Below are positions 49,263 through 61,952 of a stretch of DNA of 64,000 bases, in pieces. The notes under the pieces are model-generated. The model made no database searches. It worked only from the letters and a program-made list of their open reading frames with translations, and was not told the origin of the DNA. The stretch lies in the NCBI GenBank assembly GCA_026023565.1, contig JAPETS010000021.1:496001-560000 (forward strand), written 5' to 3'. The DNA is from Cirrosporium novae-zelandiae (lineage: Eukaryota). A program made the position numbers and the translations under genes. Positions within the stretch are counted from its first letter, which is position 1; each line of letters opens with the position of its first letter.

Positions 49263-49711
49263 TACTTTTTGTCGAAAGGTATATATAATGCACCATCAAA
49301 CATGCGAACCACTCTCGGCCATTGACTGCCTACCTAGGTAGCCACCGACTGCATGAAACCTCGCACTTGCTCTTTCACTCTCAAATTTTTTTGTTTGAGT
49401 TTAATTCTTCCATCGTGTGTGCTCTTGAATATGAATATATAAAGGGTGAGAAGTATCCTCCATCTAGATTTTCTCTATCGTTTGCCTCAATATTTCTAAC
49501 AACTGTTAGATTCATCAGGCTCATATAAACGGTAAGACACCCTTCATATTCACTCCACCCGAACCCAAAGTTAAACCAGGACTAAAAATGCGTCTACGGA
49601 CAGGAAAGGTCATTTCTGAAAGACACGAAGTGATTAGAGTAGGATTACCATCTACTATCAGGTAAGTGATGGAATAATCCTATCCACGGTGAAAAGGCCA
49701 CTTGAACTTCG

Positions 49712-50647
49712 ATGTGTATAACTGATACGAGGATTTTTAAAGATATTACGATCCATACTCCTTCGGGTCCCAATAAGAACAAGATGCCTGAAAGGCCGGA
49801 AGTCGAAAATGAAGACCAGGATAATATTTCAATCTCCGATATACTTTCCACGTTAAGTTCGAACGTTTTAGTAGACAAACGCGATGGTTATGTAGCTACG
49901 ATCGGTAAGGCCCTCGAAGTGAAGAGTAACCATAACTGGGGATTAAGTTTATCAGAAACCGATAAACGATCTGAGCGTGACGCTACATCAAGTCCCGTTC
50001 GGGTAGATGATACTAAAGCAACACATCCATCGAAGTTAGGAAAGCTACAATCAACGTCGAAACGAAGAATTGGTAAAAAGACTTACAGGTCCAAGCAAAG
50101 AATGGGAGAGTCCCCAACAATGCATCTAGATGAGACTGATGCTAGTCACACACAGAACGCAGACATCCCAAGACCAAGTACACGGGTTATAGAATCAGGA
50201 GGGCCCATGATGTGGAATGAAAGAGCGGTAGCAGAGGGTGAAACGAGGGAACGAGATAGTATTACGACAGTTCAGATTCCACAGCTAACAGATGAAGCGC
50301 AGCACAAGCTTTTGACTTGGGTGAAGCTGAATAGAACATTAGATATCGCTGAACGGTGGCCCTGTGATATAATGTCGACAGATGATTCGGTCCAAAATTT
50401 GTTCGAAAAAATTGCAAATCGTTGCCAAGTTGATGCAGCTGGCATTGCATGGACCCGGGTCACGTTTTGCTGTCATCCGCCAGAGCCAATGGAAAGACGC
50501 TGGTGGATATTCCGAGACAATGAAAAACAATTGGAAGAATTTCGAAAAGAAGCGAAGATGGTGCTGGCATGGCTGTACAAAGAGCGAGGGGCAGGTGTGT
50601 TAGGGGCGTTGGAAATTTGGATTGAGCCTATGTGGTCCAAATATTAA
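49712..50647 (+). CDS. Hypothetical protein (disordered N-terminal half, small globular C-terminal domain); start uncertain
   Basis: 311-aa ORF. A possible upstream exon from ATG 49588 has a GTAAGT donor but no clean in-frame YAG acceptor. Confidence 0.55.
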   Translation: MCITDTRIFKDITIHTPSGPNKNKMPERPEVENEDQDNISISDILSTLSSNVLVDKRDGYVATIGKALEVKSNHNWGLSLSETDKRSERDATSSPVRVDDTKATHPSKLGKLQSTSKRRIGKKTYRSKQRMGESPTMHLDETDASHTQNADIPRPSTRVIESGGPMMWNERAVAEGETRERDSITTVQIPQLTDEAQHKLLTWVKLNRTLDIAERWPCDIMSTDDSVQNLFEKIANRCQVDAAGIAWTRVTFCCHPPEPMERRWWIFRDNEKQLEEFRKEAKMVLAWLYKERGAGVLGALEIWIEPMWSKY

Positions 50648-50805
50648 GGAACAATTTACTCGGCGAAGATTTGGTAAGGAACGATGATTCTAGGGTGGCT
50701 GATGAATGCACTTCATGCGTTCCAGGATGATGAAAATGAAGAACTGGAGAAGAGAAAGGAAGGTGTGGCTTTGATGCAGGATGATTGCTTGCAGTTCGAG
50801 TTAAG

Positions 50806-50814
50806 TTATCAGAT
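50806..50814 (-). promoter_or_regulatory. SreA/SRE-type iron-responsive GATA site ATCTGATAA
   Basis: TTATCAGAT on the + strand matches the ATCWGATAA consensus; about 1 kb upstream of the siderophore transporter. Confidence 0.55.
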
Positions 50815-51257
50815 GGAGGGCTATGGTTACTTCAGAATCTTGGGAAGTTAATTGTATGACGCCTCCAGCCGCCCAATGCAACTTTGAGCCTAAGTGGCCT
50901 AATTAATTAATTACTTGTACTTAAGTAAGTCACCTAAAATTGTCGCTAAACTGCTAAGCTCCCGATCAAGGGACCGAGTTAGATTTTGATTTCTTGATTA
51001 ATTATAATACTACTTGCGGTACCATGATGAAATATTCGATGGTGTATGTGTAACGAATGGGACAAACGGTACAAACGGTACAAACCGGTATTCGGACATT
51101 TTTTTACCTGCTGAAATGGTCATAGGTCTCGGAGGGAGTGTGACTCCTTTCCAATGATTGGTGGTGATTAGTGGTGATAAACAGAGACTAAAGACAAAAT
51201 TATGGAGAAATTATCGGGCAAAAGTCTTGGCATGTTGGGAATTGATCTTATCAATAA

Positions 51258-51266
51258 TTATCAGAT
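51258..51266 (-). promoter_or_regulatory. SreA/SRE-type iron-responsive GATA site ATCTGATAA within an HGATAR cluster
   Basis: TTATCAGAT, with neighbouring CTTATCA (51247), TGATAA (51175) and TTATCG (51211). Confidence 0.7.
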
Positions 51267-51842
51267 GATCAGGAAAAAAAACCAGTCAAAGCACTCCCAG
51301 GAGACGATTTCTTTACCCGCAATTTGGTCCTTCCCTGGCATCCCTTGGGTGTCTTGCGAAAATCCCCACACCAATTGAACATTTTATTCCTCAATTGGAT
51401 GTCTCTGCGGAGTATGTGCCGCGTTTCCTTTTTATTTCGTTTTTTTACCTTTGTCTTGCAGTCGTCTTGGCCGGAGCTTAGGTACAGATACGGTAAAGAT
51501 ACCATGGTGATGTTGTGAGGATTGAGTATCGATTCAATTTTCTCTCAAACCTTTACTAACTAATGGATGAACCCATCCCGGACTTGATGAATGATGACAC
51601 GTCCCTAAGCTTTTGAAGCCAATTGCGGCTTAATATCCAAATTGTTACTAAAGTAAAAATTTCCTACCACCATTCCCTTTCCCAGCTTCCCAGCTTCCTA
51701 GCTTCCTAGCTTCCCAGCTCGGTCCCCACCTTAACCAAGTATATCATTACCCTCAACCCCTTCGTCTACGTATCTCATCACGATCTGCATTCGCATCTAC
51801 TTTCTCTTGGCTTGAGGTCGTCGAAAATCAAATTCTTCCAAG

Positions 51843-53958
51843 ATGAAGTGGAATACCATTTGGAACAGGGAAGCTCCCACCAGCTCTACTCACTCTGCTG
51901 AACAAGAACAGCATCAGCCTGCCGATGACATTGAGAAAACGACAGAACCCGCTGTTGTAGTCTCGGATCCAGATGCTCCTAACCCCAATGTCCAGTATGG
52001 TGTACAAGCTGCTGAAGCTGTCACCGCAGTATGGAGCAAGAGATCGCTCATCTTGACATATATATGGTAGGTCAACCTAGCCCTTTGCTCGTTTGAGCTC
52101 AAGAATGGAAGCTAATTAACCCTTATTTAATATAGTATTTTTTTGGTCTTCTTTGTCAACTCCTTCCAACAGCAAATGACAAGTAACTTGTCCGCCTATG
52201 TGACAAGTAGTTTCGCTTTGCATTCTCTTGTCTCTGTCACGAGTGTAGTGTCAAGCATTGTTGGTGGTGTATTCAAGTTACCAATTGCCAAGCTCATCAA
52301 CATCTGGGGAAGAGCCGAAGGTTTCTGCTTCATGGTTGTGTTGGCTACCCTTGGTAAGTCCACCTTTCACTGGATAAGGAGAACCGTCAGCTCATAGACC
52401 AAAGGTATTATCTTGATGGCATGTTGTAGCAATGTCCAAACATATGCAGCAGCGCAGGTATGCGTTATTTGATCTTCGCTGAGATATCTAAATTCTGACC
52501 CCTTCTAGGTCTTTTACTGGGTTGGATACGATGGGATGAGCTATGTCCTCGATGTCTACATTGCCGATACTTCTGATCTGAAGAACCGAGCTCTTTGGTT
52601 TGCTTTTTCGACGACCCCCTACATCGCTACGACTTTCGCTGGTCCTGCTGCCGCTGAAGACTTTTATGAAAATACCGGCGGTTGGAGGTGGGCTTTTGGT
52701 ACCTTTGCTATTGTTGTGCCAATAATCTCCATGCCTATTGCATCCATCTTTTTCTACAACCAGAAAAAAGCGAAGAAGCTAGGCGTTTTGGTCAAACAAC
52801 CAAGCAACCGCACATTATGGGAATCCGTTATCTTCTATGCCATTGAATTTGATGGTAAGTTGAGTCTTCTAAATTTTCAATGAGAGAACTGTGCTGACGT
52901 GTGTGCCTTACGTAGTCATTGGCCTTCTCCTTGTTTCGGCTGGTTTCTCGCTGTTCCTTTTGCCATTCAGTCTTGAAGCATACCAGGCTGAAGGGTGGAA
53001 GGCTGGTATGATTATTGCTATGCTCGTTATTGGGTTCCTGTGCCTCGTTGCCTTTCCCTTCTATCTTCGTTACTCTCCGAAACCTTTTATCCCATTCCAT
53101 CTTCTCCTCGATAGGACAGTTTTGGGTGCCTGTCTTCTCGCCGGCACGTTGTTTATTAGCTTCTAGTGAGTCTACAGGTTACTTCTGGCCTACATTTCAA
53201 AGGGTGTGTGCTTACAATGCTTGCTTAGTATCTGGGATTCCTATTTCTCTACGTATCTCCAGGTTGTGAACGATTTAAGTCTTCAAGATGCAGGTTATGT
53301 TGCCAACATATACAGCATTGGCTCATGTTTCTGGGCTGTGGTAGTTGGTTTGTACGTTATATACCTCCACCCATAATACCTTATTCTAACCATTCATTTT
53401 AGTCTCATTCGCACAAGCGGCAGCTTCAAGTGGCTCGCATTGTGCGCCCTCCCTCTCGAATTCCTCGGTTCCGGTTTGATGATCCACTTCCGTCAACCCA
53501 ACCAAGACATTGGCTATGTAGTCATGTGCCAGATTTTCATCGCTTTTGCCGGCGGTACTCTTGTCATTTGTGAGGAAATGGCCGTCATGGCGGCTTCCGA
53601 ACACGAGCAGGTTGCCGTGGTGCTCGCCCTCCAAGCCCTTTTCAGCTCCATCGGCGGTGCTATCGGCTCCACCATCTCCTCCGCCCTCTGGACACACATA
53701 TATCCCAAAAAACTTGCTGAATACCTTCCTGAGAGTACCAAGGATCAGGCGACCACCATCTACGGATCACTGGATGTACAATTGTCGTACCCTGTCGGCT
53801 CACCAACAAGAATTGCTATTCAGAAAGCGATGGGAGTGGCGCAAAAGTACATGACCATTACAGCTACAGTAATACTGGTGCTGTGCATTGTGGAGGTCAT
53901 GATATGGCGCAACATTAAGGTCAAGGACTTCAGACAGGTCAAGGGAACCATCGCATAG
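51843..53958 (+). CDS. Siderophore-iron transporter (MFS SIT/ARN family, MirB/Sit1-like); multi-exon
   Basis: GVQAAEAVTAVWSK, YVTSSFALHSL, LPIAKLINIWGRAEG, AAAQVFYWVG, IADTSDLKNR, WRWAFGTF, IEFD, IGGAIGSTIS and YPVGSPTRIAI. Confidence 0.93.
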
Positions 53959-54868
53959 AACCCTGGCAAAGAAGGAAAGAGACGCTTTTGTCATAATTCG
54001 AAAATTTTGAATAGAGATCTAAGTAGGACATGTCTTTGGATACCTGACATTCCTCGAGAGCATCTCATGCGGTGGCTGTATAAAAAATAGTGGGAATCTT
54101 AGGGAGCATATATTGGTGGAAGTGGGTTCCGATTTTCTTTGTTGTACCATCCGAAAATAACCAGTCCAATATTTCTTATCTCGAACGAGGGACTGACTGT
54201 TAGATAATACACCAATACCCGTTTTAGTTTAATTCATATTGCAAGAATCAGTGTTACTGTATAAGAACTCTAGAGATTTCCCCTACAGACGTACTTACAG
54301 CTCTAATTACGCGAGATTCAGGTGAATGGTAATAAAACACAATCGCCTTCCTAATCCAAAATGGTGTGAGGCATCCGATACAGGTTAATTAGCGAATACC
54401 TAGTGTTATACGCCATAACAATCATGCACCGTATTGAAACAGAAAACAATACACGTATTGATCTACCATTATTCGAACTTCCAACTTCCAACTTCCAACC
54501 TTTGTCCGAAAAACACACGACAAGACAAAACACAAAAAAATGGACAAAGAAAGGAACACGAAACAACAAGGGCCTCTTTCAATAACAATGAATACCATTG
54601 TTCAAGGTTTCAATGAAACAAACCCGGATCCTTTGTTTTTATATCGCCTGGGACTAGGTTGGAAAAATATGGAGTATACATATAAAGATAACATCCGTCG
54701 GAAATTATCATTTTTCTTTTTTTTGTAGATGGGGACCAAGTTAACAATTTAGGACGTTTTTTGGATCCAGTATTGCATTGCACTGGATTGCATTGAATTG
54801 CATTACGAAATACAAAACAGCGAAAAAAATTTGAATCTCACAAATCTCAAAAGACAGACAGGACAAAA

Positions 54869-56125
54869 ATGGCATACCCACAACAACGACAAAGACTTCA
54901 AGATCCCCGGAGGATCTCAAGTCCTGAAAACGAACCATCCCAGCATCAACATCAACAGGGAAGGCAAAGGCGAAGGCGGTATGTCGCAACCCTAAGCGAG
55001 ATGCAGCAGTTGCAGGCGCAGGCGCAAGGACAGAGACAAGGACAAGGATATACTTCCTCTACCCCTTTTTCTAGAGAAATAACAAGACTAGGAACCCCTT
55101 CCCAGCAAAGGTACATGCAACCACGATCCCAACGGGCACCGCAACCACGACCGCGGCCACGACCACCAGCGGTAGTCCCAAGGAGATACATTACCTTCCC
55201 AGCACAGCGTCCTCCTCTTCTGCCCTTGTACCAACACCACCAACACTACCAGTTCAAGCACCAATCGTCGAGATGCCATCCCTTACGCTCCAATCCCTTT
55301 AATCCCACACTCGCCAGACCCAGCAGGCCCAGCAGAATCCCTATCCCCACAATTCCCATAATAATCCTAACTCCTCCCTCACCAAAGACGGCAACAGTAG
55401 TGTACAGTAAATTCAGCTTCCCAGTCTTACCATCAACACTAGGTGGAAACCGCACGTCCATCCAGCAGGCCCGACCTCCGACACCAAGGTACAACGGCTT
55501 CGCGGCAGCGAAGAGCCAGCGACAGAAGGAAGAGAAGGTGGTGGTACAACACCAGCAAGGGAGACCCTCAATGCCAAAACAAAAACAAATGCAAAGGAAA
55601 AAGCGAAGAAGGGGTAGTTTTCCACCATTAGCAGTAGTAAGTGCAAATGGAAGCGAGATACCGCCAGTGCCCCCACTACCACAACAATTCCAACAGCTCC
55701 AACGCCAACGCCCCAGCTCAAGCCCGAGTCCTAGACCAACGACCCCGAATGCAAACAAACTGCCCACAATAATTACAAGGCCACGTTCGATTCTCAAAAA
55801 CAAACCCAACTCGCCCTCCTCCTGCCCAAGCGCCCGAAAAACGGTAACTTTTTCCCCATACCCCCCACAGGTATTTTTCGCGACGCACTTGAAGAGCGAA
55901 GAAGAACGTGGGGGACAGGAACAAGAGCGAGAACGTCAGGGTGGACAGGAAATTAGAGGAGCAGCAAAGCGGGTGAAGTGGGAGAAGGCACAAAGGGTAA
56001 GGAGGATCAATTTCGCCATGAATAGTAATGAAGAGGAGAAATGGGAAAGGACGAAGGGAAAAAAGGAAGTGAAGAGGTGTAAGTTCTTGAGGTTTTGGGA
56101 GTCAAAGAGTGAGAAGAGGATTTAA
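54869..56125 (+). CDS. Orphan Q/P/R-rich disordered protein with phosphatase-docking-like motifs
   Basis: 418-aa intronless ORF with an AAAAATGG start context. Contains RSILK, KTVTF, KRVKW and PIIILT motifs. Confidence 0.55.
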   Translation: MAYPQQRQRLQDPRRISSPENEPSQHQHQQGRQRRRRYVATLSEMQQLQAQAQGQRQGQGYTSSTPFSREITRLGTPSQQRYMQPRSQRAPQPRPRPRPPAVVPRRYITFPAQRPPLLPLYQHHQHYQFKHQSSRCHPLRSNPFNPTLARPSRPSRIPIPTIPIIILTPPSPKTATVVYSKFSFPVLPSTLGGNRTSIQQARPPTPRYNGFAAAKSQRQKEEKVVVQHQQGRPSMPKQKQMQRKKRRRGSFPPLAVVSANGSEIPPVPPLPQQFQQLQRQRPSSSPSPRPTTPNANKLPTIITRPRSILKNKPNSPSSCPSARKTVTFSPYPPQVFFATHLKSEEERGGQEQERERQGGQEIRGAAKRVKWEKAQRVRRINFAMNSNEEEKWERTKGKKEVKRCKFLRFWESKSEKRI

Positions 56126-57989
56126 TTGATTAAATCTAATTTCGAAGCTCAAGGTAAGTACTGTAAGATTTTCCAGATTTTATCTCTTGTAAGCCTTTTT
56201 CTTTTTTGATGGACGGAGTTTTATGTCGTTTTACTTAACGTATTGCAAGCCATTCAAGAGTAGAGTTTATTGTTGAAGTCTTTTTTGCCCGAATGACAAT
56301 ATTATGAGACCATGAAGAAACAAAAGCCCCCATAGTAAACAGTAAAGAGTATAAAAAAAAACTTGTTGACATTTAAAAAAAGATTCCACAGCATGCTTTT
56401 AACCCCGTTCCCCTAGGCAACTTCTCCCTCAAATGTTCGACTGCTTAACACAATTGACCGGTTCCGTCCAAGTCAGACTTGCCCAAGAACCACATCAACC
56501 CCTTCACTATCGGGGGCCGTACATAGTTCTCTAGCTTCAGAGCCATCACCACTCGCTCTCCTAGAGGCATAATACTCTCATGCCCTGGCTGCACCACCGC
56601 CACAACATTTGACTGTTGTGACCCATCCAGGATTCGAACAAACGACGTTCAAGTGGCGTTTCAAACTATTCAAAGCTTGCAGTTCGAATACAAGGTTTAC
56701 CCCCCCCACTTTGAATTCACAAACGCAAATCGGGGGAGGGAATGGTGCATCATCACCGAGTGGTTGGATGCCCTAGCGCCATGCTTGACGTAACAGTCTC
56801 GCAGCCATTCGAAGAATTGGAGGCTAGGGAGGTAGGGGTTTTATTGGTGGAAAACCATGATTAAGGTAGAGTGGTTATAGGGGTTTATGTAGGGGAGGGA
56901 GGGAGGGTCGGATGTTTGTTTGTTATGCAAACTCTTGGATGTCTAATCTCTCTTTCCTGCTGCTCTGAACGCGTAACACGACACGTAAAATTAATTACCA
57001 CAAAACAAAACGCGCCCGTAGTTTCGAAGTCTCATCATCCATCGTTTTTTTCTTGCCTGGACAAAACCCTTTAAATTTTACTCAAGTAAGCATTTTTATT
57101 TTTCAAAGTTATTTATTCGCAAACAGATGTTTCACAATAATTTTTTTTTTTTTGAAATTCCTCTCGGGTTCTATGGACGTTTTTGGTTGATAAGTATTGT
57201 ATGTAAATAGCAAGCTTTTTGGTTTTGGTTTTGGTTTCTTCCCAGCACCAAGAGTGAGTTGGGCCACAAAGAGATACAGTACCTAAGGTTCGCTTTATTC
57301 TCAGATGAGATGACATCTATGCGTTCTCTTTTGCATCATCCTCGTAACAGTGGGTTCCCCCATACATAAATTATTTATAGATATGGGAAAGCAAGTCCCT
57401 CCCTCGCAATGGTTGCTATAATATACCGTTGAGGGTATAAGTTATATCTTCTCTAATCTTTCCTACAAAACCAACCCCACCCACTTACTTATTGCTACTC
57501 CTCTAAAATAGGAATGAACGGGGGGGGGGAACGGCACTTGCGATTAAATGCTAGAATATCTCAAGGGGGGTTTAAGAGATTCCCCAATGTGCCTGATAGA
57601 TATCAATACCACTATTGGCAACAGGCCAAACCAAACCGGTTTAGTAATTAGTATAATCAAAATAACTTTAATTATGTGGTAGTCTATCAGACCAATAATT
57701 ATTCCCCAAGTACGATGGTGAATGACGCTTCACACGGAATTGAACAATTTTCAAGGTAATTAATTAACCAACCAACCGTTGGGCGATAATTAACAGGTAA
57801 CAGTATCATTGTTGTTGTGCCCCAGTTACTGTTCGAGGATGAAACATACGGTATTTTCGGCCAACACTATGGTTCATCATGGCCTGGATTAGCAAATAAA
57901 GCATGTTTCACGACTTGTTGCTGCACTTAATGATCAAGTTCCCGCAGTAATAATTGCCTTTTAGACTGGGTCTGGTTTAATCTATTTGC

Positions 57990-59900
57990 CAACACTGATA
58001 AAAATGCAGTAGACTAAACTTTTTTTTTTTTTTCCCCAAAGGGAGCGTTGGTTAGTGGTTTATCTATCTATCTATCTGGTAGGATGACTAAAAAAATAGA
58101 GAAGAGAATAGGAATGAAGAGATTAGACTAAATAGGACGGTTTGACCTTGACCGACCAGACCAGACCAGACCAGATTAGATCGACAAAAGACCTTGATTG
58201 CCCAAGGTTTATTTTAATTCATCACCCTGTATACTTGTACATATATAATAAATACATGCATTTGGAACCCTTATGATATCCCTAACAAAAATTATATTAT
58301 ATCATAAAACCGTACCTAGTAGTGAGTGAGTGAGTGAGTGGGTGAGTGAGTGGGTATATTAATCTTACCCCAAAAAAAAAAATTAAACAGTATAACGTAT
58401 ACCTTTAACGCGGTATACAAGCAACCCACCCCCACCCCCCCCTCTCTCTCTCGAGGGACTTGCTTCCCTATAGTCTAGTCCATACCAAAATAAATAAATA
58501 ACTCGAGTATATAGAGTCTATAAAGAAAATCCACTCTACTTGACTCTACTTTAACCCAATCAGTTAGAATAAAGATATCTACAGTAACAAATAGCGGAGA
58601 GCAATCTTTTTATTTTGGTTTTACTTTTAGTCCACTTCACTTTTCCTTTGGCAAAAATAAGAAAATAAGAAAATAAGAAATATATTCAGAAACAAAGAAA
58701 TAAAAGAATCGAGAATTCCTTTGACCTAGATATATATATATATACACTTTCCTTCTTCGTTTCCGTTGTATAGATGACCAAACACTTTGCTTCATCTATG
58801 ATCCCCCTTGTCCTAAACATTTCCAGTTACGTAGCAAACTTCTATTACTCAATTATGATATTTTTTTTTTTTTGGTTTCGATTTTTGATTCCGTTTAGAT
58901 TAGACTGAAGATAAAGGATAAGATAAAACTCTCGTGGAGATAAGATATAATAAGTCGTTCTGATTCCTCCCCGCGCCAGGGGGGGCTCTCTACTGTGTAT
59001 ACAAACCAAAGTAGACCGAGCGAGAAAGTAGGTTGGTCTGGTCTGGTCTCTTCCCTTCTCTTCCCTTTTCTTCCCTACGCTACTTATTGCACACAAAACA
59101 TGGCGTTACTTTTGAAAATAGAGAGAGAGAAAAAGACACGGGGATCAAAGCACGTCATAGACTCATTTCATACTGCGGCACGTGAGTACCAAGGTAAATA
59201 AAAGGGAGGAGGAGAAGTAGAGGGAGAGCAGAGGCAGAAAGGTTAGGTTAGTTTTTAGATTATATTAAGTATCTTACTACTTGAAACCAGGGAGAAGGGA
59301 ATCGACTAGACCAGACCACTCCCTCCCCCCTGGGTTCTAATTAATTAGTCTATTCGGTCTAGTCTATAGTCTAGACGGAGAGAAGCCTGGTCTAGTCTAG
59401 TCTAGTCTGGTCCCAGGGAAGGGAATAATAGACCAGACCAGACCAGACCGGTCTGACATGGTCAAAATAACCTCATGTTGGGATGGCACGGATCAGCAGT
59501 AATCACCTTCAGACCGGTCTGGTCTGGTCTGGTCTATTCCCTTCACTGCAGTCTGGTCCATTCATTCCCCTTTTCACTACTACAAAAACCCTAAAAGTAG
59601 AGCCTATAGATAGAGCAAGCAGCTGCTTATGCTATCTATCGTACAGCAAGAACTAGTCTAAAGGATATTAAAGATTTGTTATGTGCTTTAAATTTAAATT
59701 AGTAAAGAAGAGCAGGGGAAGAAAAAAGAAGAATAATAATAATAATAATAATTAAAGCTATATCCTAACTAACTATCAAAACCAAATCAAATAATTCGTA
59801 GGAATGGAATAATGAACATATGATAACTCTTTTTTTTCTCTCTTCGTCCCTTAGGCTACTGCTTTCCTGATACCTCCCCCATATAGTCTAGACTACCTAG
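57990..59900. repeat. AT-rich microsatellite island with (AGACC)n/(GGTCT)n and (TCTAG)n units
   Basis: Poly-T, (TATC)n, (GAGT)n, (AAT)n and (AGACC)n near 58152, 59035, 59308, 59430 and 59511. Confidence 0.75.
59418..59544. repeat. Near-perfect ~36-bp inverted repeat (hairpin) with ~52-nt spacer
   Basis: gaagggaataatagaccagaccagaccagaccggtctga ... tcagaccggtctggtctggtctggtctattcccttc. Confidence 0.85.
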
Positions 59901-60039
59901 AGCAAACTACGAAACTGTGCCAACGAAACCGAGGGTGACTCGTACAATTGATGATGCACTCATTCCTTCCAGTGGAAGGATACAAGTGCGTCATCAAATA
60001 TACCAAAAGTCACCATCGATGACGTTTTTTTGGCGGCTT

Positions 60040-60332
60040 TTATTTCTTTGTTTGCTGCTGCTGCTCCTGACCACCACCACCATGGCTGGATCCCGTGTGT
60101 CCGGATCCGCTGGTGGTCCCTCCACTACCGGCACTACCAGTATTTGCATTTCTGTCTCCAGCCGACTGTGCGTGGGCTGCAAACCCTTTGGAGGACATGT
60201 CGCCCCCTCCTTTTGCCTGTGGAATGCTGACAATGAATCATGGATGGAAAGCTGGGATGGATGGAATGGAATTACCTGAGTTGATTGGATGCGTGATGCG
60301 TCCGATTGGCTCATAGAATGTGGTTTAGGCAT
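60040..60332 (-). CDS. Small SMP/LEA-like hydrophilin (~77 aa); intron 60217-60275
   Basis: Spliced product MPKPHSMSQSDASRIQSTQ|AKGGGDMSSKGFAAHAQSAGDRNANTGSAGSGG...QQQTKK*. The intron is GTAATT...CTGAC...CAG. Confidence 0.82.
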
Positions 60333-61952
60333 TATTAAATTGGTAATGGAACAACAAGGGTAGGCGTGTTTGGTTGTGGTTAGGTATGAAAATTTGGATA
60401 ACGTGTTCTGTGTTTGAGATGAAGATTGTGCGAGAAGAAATGTCGGTCTTTCAATGCACGGGGCTCTCTGGTCTTGATTTATATTCGATTCCAGTCAAGT
60501 GTTAAGGAATGATGATGATGGATGTGACGTGACAAAAACGGGATTGAGACAGCATGTGATAATTCAAAAAAGATTGGTGGCGCTATTCCTTACGAAATAT
60601 TAGAATGGAGACTTCGCCTACAAACCTAACAATCTTTGAATATCCAGTAAGATTTGGAAACCAGAGGATGACAATTTTGAGAGGGAAAGGTTTATATTTT
60701 TGAAGTTGGCCTCGTGCGGGGTTGAGCCAAGTGATAGGACAGCCAAGCACAATTATTGTTGTACGGCAAAAGCTTTCGTAAAAGTCGTTATGAAACCTAA
60801 ATGACCAGAATAAGTTTTTCGTCGTCTCTGATACTATTATATACAAGTCCCTAGGTGGATCCTGTAATGAGCTGCACTCCCCACCAAAAGTAACCATGCA
60901 CGTGCCATGTTGCAACATTTCATAGTAGATGGTAAAACTGATGAATCAAGTCAAGTCAATTTAAACTCTATGCTTGTGTTTTAGAGCATCAGATATTCCA
61001 AACGTTGTCGAGACAAGTATCCCAAGTTGAGTAATGCTGATTAATTTTAGCTAGCTATTGCTTACTGCTGGGGATTATAACGGTAGCTAGTAAGTTCTTA
61101 ACGGCAAAAAAAGGTTGAATCCCAAAAGCATTAGTGTCCCCTACCACCAAAAAGAACTTGACACGGGCACGTGACGGGGGACCTCGTTTACTTACCCAGG
61201 TACATATTTACTTGCACTAATCATCATTATTTTCAATGACTTTCAAGTTTCTCGGCAGCCAAAGTAGGGTCTGAATACTTGATGGTGCTCTAGGAATAGT
61301 GTTGGGCAAAATACGGTATAGCCCGGCCAACACTATCTAGGAAGCACACAGGCGTAGAATTAAGCGATTGCACCACTACCTAAACATCCGACCTTCCCTA
61401 GCGCGTTAACCACCTTAGGTATTCCGGCTTTGGAAGAGTAAATCCGAGAAGTGGAGATCTGACGTGCATGTACTTAAGTAAGAACAGATCTGGTTAAGCG
61501 AGTTACGGGACGGGAGGATCAAACGAAGTCGCTGCAGGTAACGCAATCGACAGAGAGTTGGTCACTTTCCCCAAAAGGACCTTGCTCCTAGCTCTAACCT
61601 CTTATGCCAAGGACTAAATTTTGTTGAGATGATCAACTCCCGGTTCTTAGCCAACTCTGGATCTGTTGCGTTGTGGCATGCGATTCTCCATAATTCTGTT
61701 CCGAGTAAGTAGCTTGAATTCGGCCATCTCTGTGTAACGCTGGGCCGTGTCATTTAAAACCCCAAGGCTTGAGAACCTTAGGGAATTTGTATTTTTAAAA
61801 AGTATAAGAAACTCATGATATTTCGTGGGGCCCGTGAAACATTTCCTTTAGATAAGCGGGGAAATTAACTTGGATGACAAGAAATGGTGGATGGACTGTC
61901 AAGGAAGTTTTGATGTGACACCCAAACAAGTGACCTACCAAGCTAAGATGCA

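Noticed and set aside
59418..59544. CRISPR-like or prokaryotic terminator interpretation of the repeats
   Set aside because: Eukaryotic context; the repeats are inverted or microsatellite, not direct repeats with unique spacers.
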